Positions 16,426 to 21,772 of a stretch of 32,000 bases of DNA are shown piece after piece. The translations under genes were made by a program, and so were the position numbers. How positions within the stretch are numbered: the first letter of the stretch is position 1; every line of letters begins with the position of its first letter. The DNA is from Megasphaera elsdenii DSM 20460 (GTDB lineage: Bacteria; Bacillota; Negativicutes; Veillonellales; Megasphaeraceae): contig NZ_CP027570.1 of the NCBI RefSeq assembly GCF_003010495.1, forward strand, positions 1,500,001 through 1,532,000. Direction: 5' to 3'. Under the pieces are notes generated by a model that saw nothing but the letters and a program-made list of their open reading frames with translations, searched no databases and was not told the origin of the DNA.

Positions 16426-17502
16426 TTGAAACGAATTGGGAATATTTATCCAGCTATTTACGACTTTGAAAATCTATATTACGCATACAGGGAGGCGAGG
16501 AAATGCAAGCGATACAGGCAGGAAGTCATGCAATTCGCGCAGAGCCTTGAGGAAAATCTTATCGAGATTCAGAATGAGCTGATTTGGCGAGAATACCGCG
16601 TAGGGAAGTATCACGAATTTTACGTGCGAGATCCGAAACGCAGACTAATCATGGCGTTGCCGTCTCGCGACCGTGTTGTACAATGGGCGATTTACCGGCA
16701 GCTCAATCCGATTCTCGACCGGAGGTATTTATCAACTTCCTACGGATGCAGGATCGGCGGCGGCGCGCATCGCGCGGTTGCGAAGCTCAAAGAATATTTA
16801 CGACTACAGACCGGCACAGCCTACATTCTGAAAATGGACGTCAGCAAGTACTTTTACCGTATCGACCACGATGTACTCATGGGGATCTTGGAGCGCATCG
16901 TGAAAGACCGCGGGCTACTTTGGTTACTACATGAGATTATCTATAGCGACCACGATTTCGGCATCGCGACCGATGATTACGACTTCACGGGCGAGCGGCT
17001 TTCCAGCGTCGGAATGCCTATCGGGAACCTTTCTTCGCAGATGTTCGCGAACCTATACCTCAACGAAGCAGACCAATATGCGAAACGCATCTTGAAGTGC
17101 AAGTACTACATCCGGTATATGGACGATGTTATCGTCGTGAGCAACGACCGTGCGAGGCTTTGGGAAGTCTGGCGCGCGATGGACGATTTTATGCGCGAGA
17201 GGCTACGACTCAAGCTCAACGCAAAGACTTGTATCCGATCCGAGGTGCAGGGCGTTGACTTCTGCGGATACCGGATCTGGCGCGACCATATCCGACTCAG
17301 GAAAAAGAGCGCGCTCAAGATGAAGCACCGCCTTCGGTGGCTAAAAAGAGCCTACGCTCGCGGAGAAGTCGACATACAGACCGTCGCCGCTTCACTAACA
17401 AGCTATTTCGGACTATTGTCACACTGCGATAGCTACGAGCTCAGGAAGAGTATACTGAACAACCTTGTACTGGTTAGAAAGCGAAAGGAGGGAAATAAAT
17501 GA
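16426..17502 (+). CDS. DGR-type reverse transcriptase
   Basis: TTG start gives MKRIGNIYPAIYDFENLYYAYREARKCKRYR. Motifs seen are SYGCRIGGGAHRAV, ILKMDVSKYFYRIDH, GMPIGNLSSQMFANLYLN (the DGR-specific [I/L]GxxxSQ) and YIRYMDDVIVV (YxDD). Confidence 0.9.
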   Translation: MKRIGNIYPAIYDFENLYYAYREARKCKRYRQEVMQFAQSLEENLIEIQNELIWREYRVGKYHEFYVRDPKRRLIMALPSRDRVVQWAIYRQLNPILDRRYLSTSYGCRIGGGAHRAVAKLKEYLRLQTGTAYILKMDVSKYFYRIDHDVLMGILERIVKDRGLLWLLHEIIYSDHDFGIATDDYDFTGERLSSVGMPIGNLSSQMFANLYLNEADQYAKRILKCKYYIRYMDDVIVVSNDRARLWEVWRAMDDFMRERLRLKLNAKTCIRSEVQGVDFCGYRIWRDHIRLRKKSALKMKHRLRWLKRAYARGEVDIQTVAASLTSYFGLLSHCDSYELRKSILNNLVLVRKRKEGNK

Positions 17503-17945
17503 TAGAAGCAGTAATCAATTTTTTTCGCGAGATGGCCCCGGCAGGGCCCGAAATAGAGTGGGGAGCAGCAGTATCATGCGGTGGAACCATTTTTTCATAT
17601 CTGGTTGGATGGAATACGGTAATAGAAGCATTATTAGTGGCCATGGCCATTGATTATATTACTGGAATTTTGGCGGCATATATCAATCCCAATATGCAGC
17701 TCAATAGTCAACGCGGATTCAAGGGAATATGTAAAAAAATCGTGATACTGTTGCTTGTCGCATTGGCACACGAATTAGATCGGGCAACTGGACAGCCGGC
17801 TGTCCAATCGCTAGTTGCGTGGTTTTTTTTGGGAAATGAGGGTTTATCAATTATTGAAAATGCGGCAAAAGCCGGTTTACCGGTGCCCGCCAGATTAAAA
17901 GATACATTAGAACAATTGACCAACAAAAAGGAGGAACGAAAATGA
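17499..17945 (+). CDS. Holin (phage_holin_4_1-like)
   Basis: ATGA overlap with the RT stop; 148 aa. Hydrophobic segments and ...AMAIDYITGILAAY...KKIVILLLVALAHELD...FFLGNEGLSIIENAAKAGLPVP are typical of this holin family. It lies directly upstream of the amidase. Confidence 0.75.
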   Translation: MIEAVINFFREMAPAGPEIEWGAAVSCGGTIFSYLVGWNTVIEALLVAMAIDYITGILAAYINPNMQLNSQRGFKGICKKIVILLLVALAHELDRATGQPAVQSLVAWFFLGNEGLSIIENAAKAGLPVPARLKDTLEQLTNKKEERK

Positions 17946-18511
17946 AGGTATTTATCAATCCGGGCCATGATATTAAGTATGATAGTGGCGCAGTACATTA
18001 TGATGCGGATGGAAATGTAGATTTGCGCGAATGCGATGTAGCAGCCAAAATCGGTACTGCTGTGCAAAAATATCTTGAAGCAGCTGGATGTGAATGCCGA
18101 CTATTACAGTCGGACAATCTTTACTATGATAGCAACTACGACGACCGCCCGGTAGCTGTCTGCGACGATGCGAATGACTGGCCGGCAGATGTATTTGTCA
18201 GCATCCATTGTAATGCCGCCAACGGCCAGGCCCGCGGCACGGAAGTAGAGTGTTACAGCCGCATGAGCAACGGGGGGAACCTCGCGCAGTGCATCCAGGA
18301 CCAGATTGTCAGCGCACTGGGCACCGTAGACCGCGGCGTCAAAGAGATGCCGGGACTCATCGTACTGCGCCATACCGATATGCCGGCCGTACTCGTAGAG
18401 ACAGCATTTATTGACAATGACGATGACGCGGCCCTACTTACAGACAAGTGGGATAACTTCGCCAGGGCTATTGCACGTGGCGTAACAGATTATGAATGTA
18501 GCTTACAGTAA
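17942..18511 (+). CDS. N-acetylmuramoyl-L-alanine amidase endolysin (Amidase_3)
   Basis: ATGA overlap with the holin; 189 aa. Motifs seen are INPGHD, VFVSIHCNAA, GTEVECYS and AVLVETAFIDNDDD. Confidence 0.85.
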   Translation: MKVFINPGHDIKYDSGAVHYDADGNVDLRECDVAAKIGTAVQKYLEAAGCECRLLQSDNLYYDSNYDDRPVAVCDDANDWPADVFVSIHCNAANGQARGTEVECYSRMSNGGNLAQCIQDQIVSALGTVDRGVKEMPGLIVLRHTDMPAVLVETAFIDNDDDAALLTDKWDNFARAIARGVTDYECSLQ

Positions 18512-18529
18512 TTTAAGGAGGACAAAAAC

Positions 18530-18808
18530 ATGGATAAACAGGAAATTTTAGACCTTATGGCACAGAAAGCGGCAGAAATCGCGAAAGCTCAGGCAGCAGC
18601 AGTTGTATCAAGCATTACCGTCGACGAACTCCGCCCACTCGTAGAATCGCAGATTAAATTAATCACCGACCCGCTCCAGGCTGAAATCAATAGCACGACG
18701 TCGCCCTGGGTCAAAATCCGTAACTCCGTCTATATCAAACTTATCAGCAGCACAGTAGGTACTATTATCAGTAGTATCCAGTCCGGATTGTCTGACATAA
18801 ATAAGTAG
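18530..18808 (+). CDS. Small protein downstream of the endolysin, unknown function
   Basis: A 92-aa ORF follows AAGGAGG. It is the last gene of the late operon before a terminator. No signal peptide or lipobox was seen. Confidence 0.45.
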   Translation: MDKQEILDLMAQKAAEIAKAQAAAVVSSITVDELRPLVESQIKLITDPLQAEINSTTSPWVKIRNSVYIKLISSTVGTIISSIQSGLSDINK

Positions 18809-18839
18809 ATACGACATATAAAACTATTGATAATGTAGC

Positions 18840-18900
18840 AGCCCTTGGTAGTACGCACTGCGATTGTACGCAGATTGCCGAGCCCAGGGGCTATTTTTTT
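18840..18900 (+). terminator. Candidate intrinsic terminator of the late/lysis operon
   Basis: An outer 9-bp stem AGCCCTTGG (18840-18848) / CCAGGGGCT (18884-18892) encloses an inner hairpin CTGCG-ATTGTA-CGCAG. A run of seven T (18894-18900) follows. Confidence 0.5.
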
Positions 18901-18901
18901 A

Positions 18902-18929
18902 TTGCAAATTTTGCGAGATGTGCTATACT
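18902..18929 (+). promoter_or_regulatory. Sigma70-type promoter with extended -10 (TTGCAA-16-TGcTATACT)
   Basis: -35 TTGCAA is at 18902-18907, TG at 18921-18922 and -10 TATACT at 18924-18929. No ORF over 5 codons follows before the next terminator. Confidence 0.45.
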
Positions 18930-18935
18930 ATAGGC

Positions 18936-19053
18936 AAGTCATGGCAGAAATATTCTGACCACGAGGATTGAAATTGTAACGTTGATTAGTAGTAATAACA
19001 GCTAGTCAAGCAAAAAAGGCTTGTTTACCACATTTGGTAGACAAGCCTTTTTT
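18936..19053 (+). ncRNA. Candidate prophage-encoded small RNA (~115 nt)
   Basis: It is bounded by the promoter above and the strong terminator at 19012-19053. It contains only a 5-codon ORF (MAEIF). An internal hairpin TTGATTAG...CTAGTCAA is present. Confidence 0.3.
19012..19053. terminator. Bidirectional intrinsic terminator
   Basis: The sequence is AAAAAAGGCTTGTTTACCA-CATT-TGGTAGACAAGCCTTTTTT: a 14-bp stem with one wobble, flanked by an A-run and a T-run. It lies between convergent transcription units. Confidence 0.75.
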
Positions 19054-19117
19054 GCTATTTCATTTGTTACCGTGCGGCCAGTGTAGCCAGGCGGAGCCAG
19101 AAGCCCCGCCTGTCATT

Positions 19118-19837
19118 TCATTTTACAATGGTTCTTAAATGTAATCGCTGTATATTCCATCCACCGGCAATTATTGTTTCAACATAGGCGGTCCCATTCG
19201 TTCCCGTTATCGTGCCGTTTAGGGCCTTTCCGTTGCTATCTAACCGGATTCCACTGTAGTCGGTAATGATACCGACCTTTTTCTTCACCCGGCCAACAAG
19301 ATCGATTATGTAACCTTGTGCGGCGACCTTATTTTTCGATTTTATTTGCTTATCCGTCAAGTCTTTCTCTTCGTAAGCATGATACCCGTATTTTTTCACA
19401 AAGGCTTTGTAGCCCATTTCCTTGCATTCACTTTTGTACAGGTCACGCCGGTAAAAAGCTGTTTTGTTCCAACTATTTTCCAATTCAGCTTGAAGTTTTA
19501 CGAGAACCTCTGGAACGGCTTTGAGGTCTTCGTTTTTCGCTTTCAACTGTTCCACTTTTTCGGTTAATTCTTTAACCTTTTCAGTGGCTTCCGAAACCTT
19601 CTTGTTCACTTCTTTGACTTCATCGGTTGCAAATTGAATATCAATTTGTAACCACCGTTCGGCTTGCCCCTTGAATTCTGGGACCTGATATTCTTTAGGA
19701 AGAGTTCCGTTGACTTTATAAAGTTCCAACTTTTCCAACTGATCCATTTTTCTCTGTAATCTCTTTTGCGCTTTTTCCAGTTTTACTTTTGCATTTTCCA
19801 GTCTTGCTTTTGCATTCTCGTATTTAATCATTGTCAT
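19118..19837 (-). CDS. Coiled-coil protein with a globular C-terminal domain, unknown function (moron)
   Basis: A 239-aa ORF on the opposite strand to all phage genes, with RBS AAGGAGG. The N-terminal ~120 aa are heptad-rich (ARLENAKVKLEKAQKRLQRKMDQLEKLE...KVKELTEKVEQLKAKNEDLK). The locus is AT-rich. Confidence 0.6.
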   Translation of the reverse strand: MTMIKYENAKARLENAKVKLEKAQKRLQRKMDQLEKLELYKVNGTLPKEYQVPEFKGQAERWLQIDIQFATDEVKEVNKKVSEATEKVKELTEKVEQLKAKNEDLKAVPEVLVKLQAELENSWNKTAFYRRDLYKSECKEMGYKAFVKKYGYHAYEEKDLTDKQIKSKNKVAAQGYIIDLVGRVKKKVGIITDYSGIRLDSNGKALNGTITGTNGTAYVETIIAGGWNIQRLHLRTIVK

Positions 19838-19881
19838 AATGTTTTCCTCCTTTGTACAACACTGTTTTTATTGTTGTCTAA

Positions 19882-19911
19882 ATCGTATCACATGTTACTG
19901 GGCGTTGTCAA
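19882..19911 (-). promoter_or_regulatory. Candidate promoter for the 239-aa gene (TTGACA-18-TGaTACGAT)
   Basis: On the minus strand, -35 TTGACA is at 19911-19906 and the extended -10 TGATACGAT ends at 19882. The spacer is 18 bp. Confidence 0.4.
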
Positions 19912-19948
19912 CACTAAAAATAATTATTTTTAAAAATATAATAATGTT

Positions 19949-19977
19949 ATTGACACCTTATAAAATGTGTAATAGTA
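19949..19977 (+). promoter_or_regulatory. Promoter P1 (TTGACA-17-TAGTAT, followed by ATAAT)
   Basis: -35 is at 19949-19954 and -10 at 19972-19977. It lies 30 nt upstream of the HTH gene and diverges from the minus-strand promoter. Confidence 0.5.
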
Positions 19978-20006
19978 TATAATCAATAGATGGGAGTGAT
20001 GTAAAA

Positions 20007-20204
20007 ATGACAAAAGAACAGTTTCAGAAGATGTGGAAAAAATGGCTTATCGATGTAGACAAGTCAGAAGCAGAAATCGCCCGCGAAAACGGGATGTTTC
20101 AGCAGAATCTTAATGCAAAAATTAAAAACGGCTCTATAAAATATGTAGAGCTTAGTGGGATTGTAGAGAAGTATGGATATACTATAGAAATCCGTAAAAA
20201 ATAA
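20007..20204 (+). CDS. Small HTH (Cro/XRE-like) DNA-binding protein
   Basis: 65 aa, RBS GGGAG. The segment SEAEIARENGMFQQNLNAKIKNGSIKYVELSGIVEKYGYTIEI has the helix-turn-helix pattern of small Cro/CI-type regulators. Confidence 0.55.
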   Translation: MTKEQFQKMWKKWLIDVDKSEAEIARENGMFQQNLNAKIKNGSIKYVELSGIVEKYGYTIEIRKK

Positions 20205-20216
20205 TCAAAAATAGTG

Positions 20217-20244
20217 TTGACATAATCAAAATGCATGTTATAAT
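20217..20244 (+). promoter_or_regulatory. Promoter P2 (TTGACA-16-TGtTATAAT), consensus with extended -10
   Basis: -35 TTGACA is at 20217-20222, TG at 20236-20237 and -10 TATAAT at 20239-20244. Confidence 0.7.
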
Positions 20245-20298
20245 ATAATCAGAAAGAGGGCAGAAAGCCCCAAGAGTGAACCGAAAGGAGCGGTAAAA

Positions 20299-20733
20299 AT
20301 GAAGGTAAATATTACATACAGCTGTGGTCACGAAGGAACTATTGAAGTCTTCGGCAAAGCCGAAGAACGAGAAAGAAAAATCAAATATTTTGAAGAATAT
20401 GGTCTTTGTCATGATTGTTATAAAGCAGAAAAACAGACTGAAGAAAAGGCATTCGCGGAAGGACATGAGCTTCCGGAATTAAAAGGCTCGGAAAAGCAAA
20501 TTTCCTGGGCAAATAAAATTCGGAAAGAAAAAATTGAAACATTCGAAAAAGAAAAGCTTGCGATTCGCAAGGGAGCCGGAGACGATTTCGCTGACTTTCT
20601 CGATGAATTTACAAAGGATTACTATCAAAATGATTCGGCATCGTGGTGGATTGACCATCGAGAATGGAGAACATTTAAAAAAGATCTATTAGGGGCAGCT
20701 GTAGTGGCTTTCAAGGCAAAAGACGGCATGTAA
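20299..20733 (+). CDS. Hypothetical protein with an N-terminal CxH...CxxC zinc-ribbon-like motif
   Basis: 144 aa, RBS AAAGGAG. It reads MKVNITYSCGHEGTIEVFGKAEERERKIKYFEEYGLCHDCYK; the rest is charged and helical. No family recognised. Confidence 0.6.
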   Translation: MKVNITYSCGHEGTIEVFGKAEERERKIKYFEEYGLCHDCYKAEKQTEEKAFAEGHELPELKGSEKQISWANKIRKEKIETFEKEKLAIRKGAGDDFADFLDEFTKDYYQNDSASWWIDHREWRTFKKDLLGAAVVAFKAKDGM

Positions 20734-20745
20734 AATATTCCGTCG

Positions 20746-20785
20746 GCCCCGTCGAGAATTCGGCGGGGCTAATTTTTTATTTTTC
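20746..20785 (+). terminator. Intrinsic terminator
   Basis: The hairpin GCCCCGTCG-AGAATT-CGGCGGGGC (9 bp, one G-T wobble) is followed by TAATTTTTTATTTTT. Confidence 0.65.
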
Positions 20786-20814
20786 TTGTCTAAAAGAAAC
20801 AGGAGGGATGATAT

Positions 20815-21003
20815 ATGGAAGAAAGCAGAAAAAAAGCCAATAAAAAGTGGCTCGCAAAAAACTACGAGTCAATCACTATCAGAGTCCCAAAGGGAACCAA
20901 AGAACAGATTAAGGCCTGGGCTGAAATAGCTGGTATTAGCATGGCCGCTTATATACAGGCTGCTTGCAAAGAAAAAGCCGAAAAGTTTACACATAACCCT
21001 TGA
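20815..21003 (+). CDS. Ribbon-helix-helix (Arc/CopG-like) small DNA-binding protein
   Basis: 62 aa, RBS AGGAGGGA. The segment YESITIRVPKGTKEQIKAWAEIAGISMAAYIQAACKEK fits the beta-strand/helix/helix RHH pattern. Confidence 0.55.
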   Translation: MEESRKKANKKWLAKNYESITIRVPKGTKEQIKAWAEIAGISMAAYIQAACKEKAEKFTHNP

Positions 21004-21028
21004 CAATCTGTACTACATGCAGTACAAT
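21000..21028 (+). promoter_or_regulatory. Promoter P3 (TTGACA-17-TACAAT, followed by ATAAT)
   Basis: -35 at 21000-21005 overlaps the RHH gene stop codon. -10 is at 21023-21028. Confidence 0.55.
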
Positions 21029-21085
21029 ATAATTAAAGAAGGGGGAAATGAACCCCACAGAAAAGATAAGAAGGAGACGGTAATT

Positions 21086-21322
21086 ATGAAATTAAACATC
21101 ACGGATAACGAAAAGAAAGAATTAGAAAGAATTTGGAGTGAAGTCTTGAAGGCTTTTCCTGAAGGCACAGAGCAAGACATGACAACATCGATTGAAAAGT
21201 ATGTCGATGAAAATGGCATCCCGGAAACCGATGAACACGATGCGCTTATCGGTGACCAATTGGAAGAATACTTAGAAAAAGGCTTGAATTTTGAAGATTG
21301 CAGAACGATAATCGAAGACTGA
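21086..21322 (+). CDS. Small highly acidic protein (78 aa), unknown function
   Basis: The start is taken at ATG 21086, 7 nt after AAGGAG, rather than at 21017. About 23 of 78 residues are Asp/Glu against 8 Lys/Arg (counted by eye). Confidence 0.55.
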   Translation: MKLNITDNEKKELERIWSEVLKAFPEGTEQDMTTSIEKYVDENGIPETDEHDALIGDQLEEYLEKGLNFEDCRTIIED

Positions 21323-21333
21323 AAAGCAGATAA

Positions 21334-21366
21334 AAGGACAGCTCGAAATGAGCTGTCCTTTTATTT
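21334..21366 (+). terminator. Intrinsic terminator at the end of the moron island
   Basis: The perfect 11-bp stem AAGGACAGCTC-GAAAT-GAGCTGTCCTT is followed by TTTATTT. Confidence 0.7.
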
Positions 21367-21399
21367 ATATAATGATTAAATAAGAGGGAAATATATGGC

Positions 21400-21443
21400 G
21401 GGGTCAAAATGGGGTCAAAGACACCAGACTTTTAGGGGTCATA
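21400..21443 (+). repeat. Three direct copies of GGGGTCA(A/T)A (candidate recombinase arm-type sites)
   Basis: The copies are GGGGTCAAA at 21400 and 21411 and GGGGTCATA at 21435. They lie 45-90 bp from the tRNA 3' end, in the last non-coding stretch of the prophage. Confidence 0.3.
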
Positions 21444-21444
21444 C

Positions 21445-21474
21445 GAAAATAGCCACCGCATAAATGCGATGGCT
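21445..21474 (-). terminator. Candidate terminator downstream of tRNA-Lys
   Basis: On the minus strand: AGCCATCGCA-TTTA-TGCGGTGGCT (10 bp, one G-U) followed by ATTTTCG. It starts 13 nt after the tRNA CCA end. Confidence 0.45.
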
Positions 21475-21487
21475 ATCAACTTTGTTG

Positions 21488-21563
21488 TGGTGGACCATCA
21501 GGGGATCGAACCCTGGACACCCTGATTAAGAGTCAGGTGCTCTGCCAGCTGAGCTAATGGTCC
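21488..21563 (-). tRNA. tRNA-Lys (anticodon CUU), CCA encoded
   Basis: The reverse complement folds as a 76-nt cloverleaf: acceptor GGACCAT/ATGGTCC, D arm GCTC-AGCTGGCA-GAGC, anticodon arm CCTGA-CTCTTAA-TCAGG, variable GTGTC, T arm CAGGG-TTCGATC-CCCTG, discriminator A, then CCA. Confidence 0.92.
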
Positions 21564-21610
21564 ATGTTTTGTTTTTTCTTCGTACTCGCTGTTTCCTGAG
21601 CACATGTAGT

Positions 21611-21639
21611 ATAATACACTAAATCGGAGAGAATTGCAA
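21611..21639 (-). promoter_or_regulatory. Candidate tRNA-Lys promoter (TTGCAA-17-TATTAT)
   Basis: On the minus strand, -35 TTGCAA is at 21639-21634 and -10 TATTAT at 21616-21611, about 48 nt upstream of the mature tRNA 5' end. Confidence 0.45.
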
Positions 21640-21772
21640 GCTTTTTTTAAAAAAAATTTACAGAAAGTTGAATTTCTCCCGATTCTTGATTTTGGCGATA
21701 CGGCGAATGTATAATGAAAGCAGTGAGATTTTACCCAAAATACTTAATTTGTAAATAGAGTGAAAGTGAGCG

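Larger units (their letters stand above)
14626..17502 (+). mobile_element. Diversity-generating retroelement cassette (target gene with VR, avd, TR, RT)
   Basis: All four canonical components are present in the classic BPP-1-like order. The VR/TR pair shows adenine-specific mismatches. Confidence 0.9.
1..21487. mobile_element. Prophage, right-hand portion: neck, contractile tail, baseplate, fibres, DGR, lysis, morons. The left end is outside the window and the right end is approximate.
   Basis: There is an uninterrupted co-oriented block of recognisable myovirus tail and lysis genes. It ends in an AT-rich accessory island beside the 3' end of a tRNA gene. Housekeeping genes begin after 21.7 kb. 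No integrase and no second att copy is in the window, so the boundary is inferred. Confidence 0.85.

Noticed and set aside
21017-21085. Upstream ATG (21017) extending the acidic protein by 23 aa.
   Set aside because: That ATG lies inside promoter P3 (between -35 and -10) and has no SD. The ATG at 21086 has AAGGAG at ideal spacing.
21395-21463. 22-aa basic mini-ORF (MAGSKWGQRHQTFRGHTKIATA) with a GAGGGA upstream.
   Set aside because: Its sequence is dictated by the GGGGTCA direct repeats and the tRNA terminator hairpin. Recombinase-site and terminator roles are more parsimonious.
1-21487. Search for integrase, excisionase, repressor or a second att copy to fix the prophage borders.
   Set aside because: None is present in this window. 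Only the right junction can be proposed, so the left border and the exact att core are left undefined.
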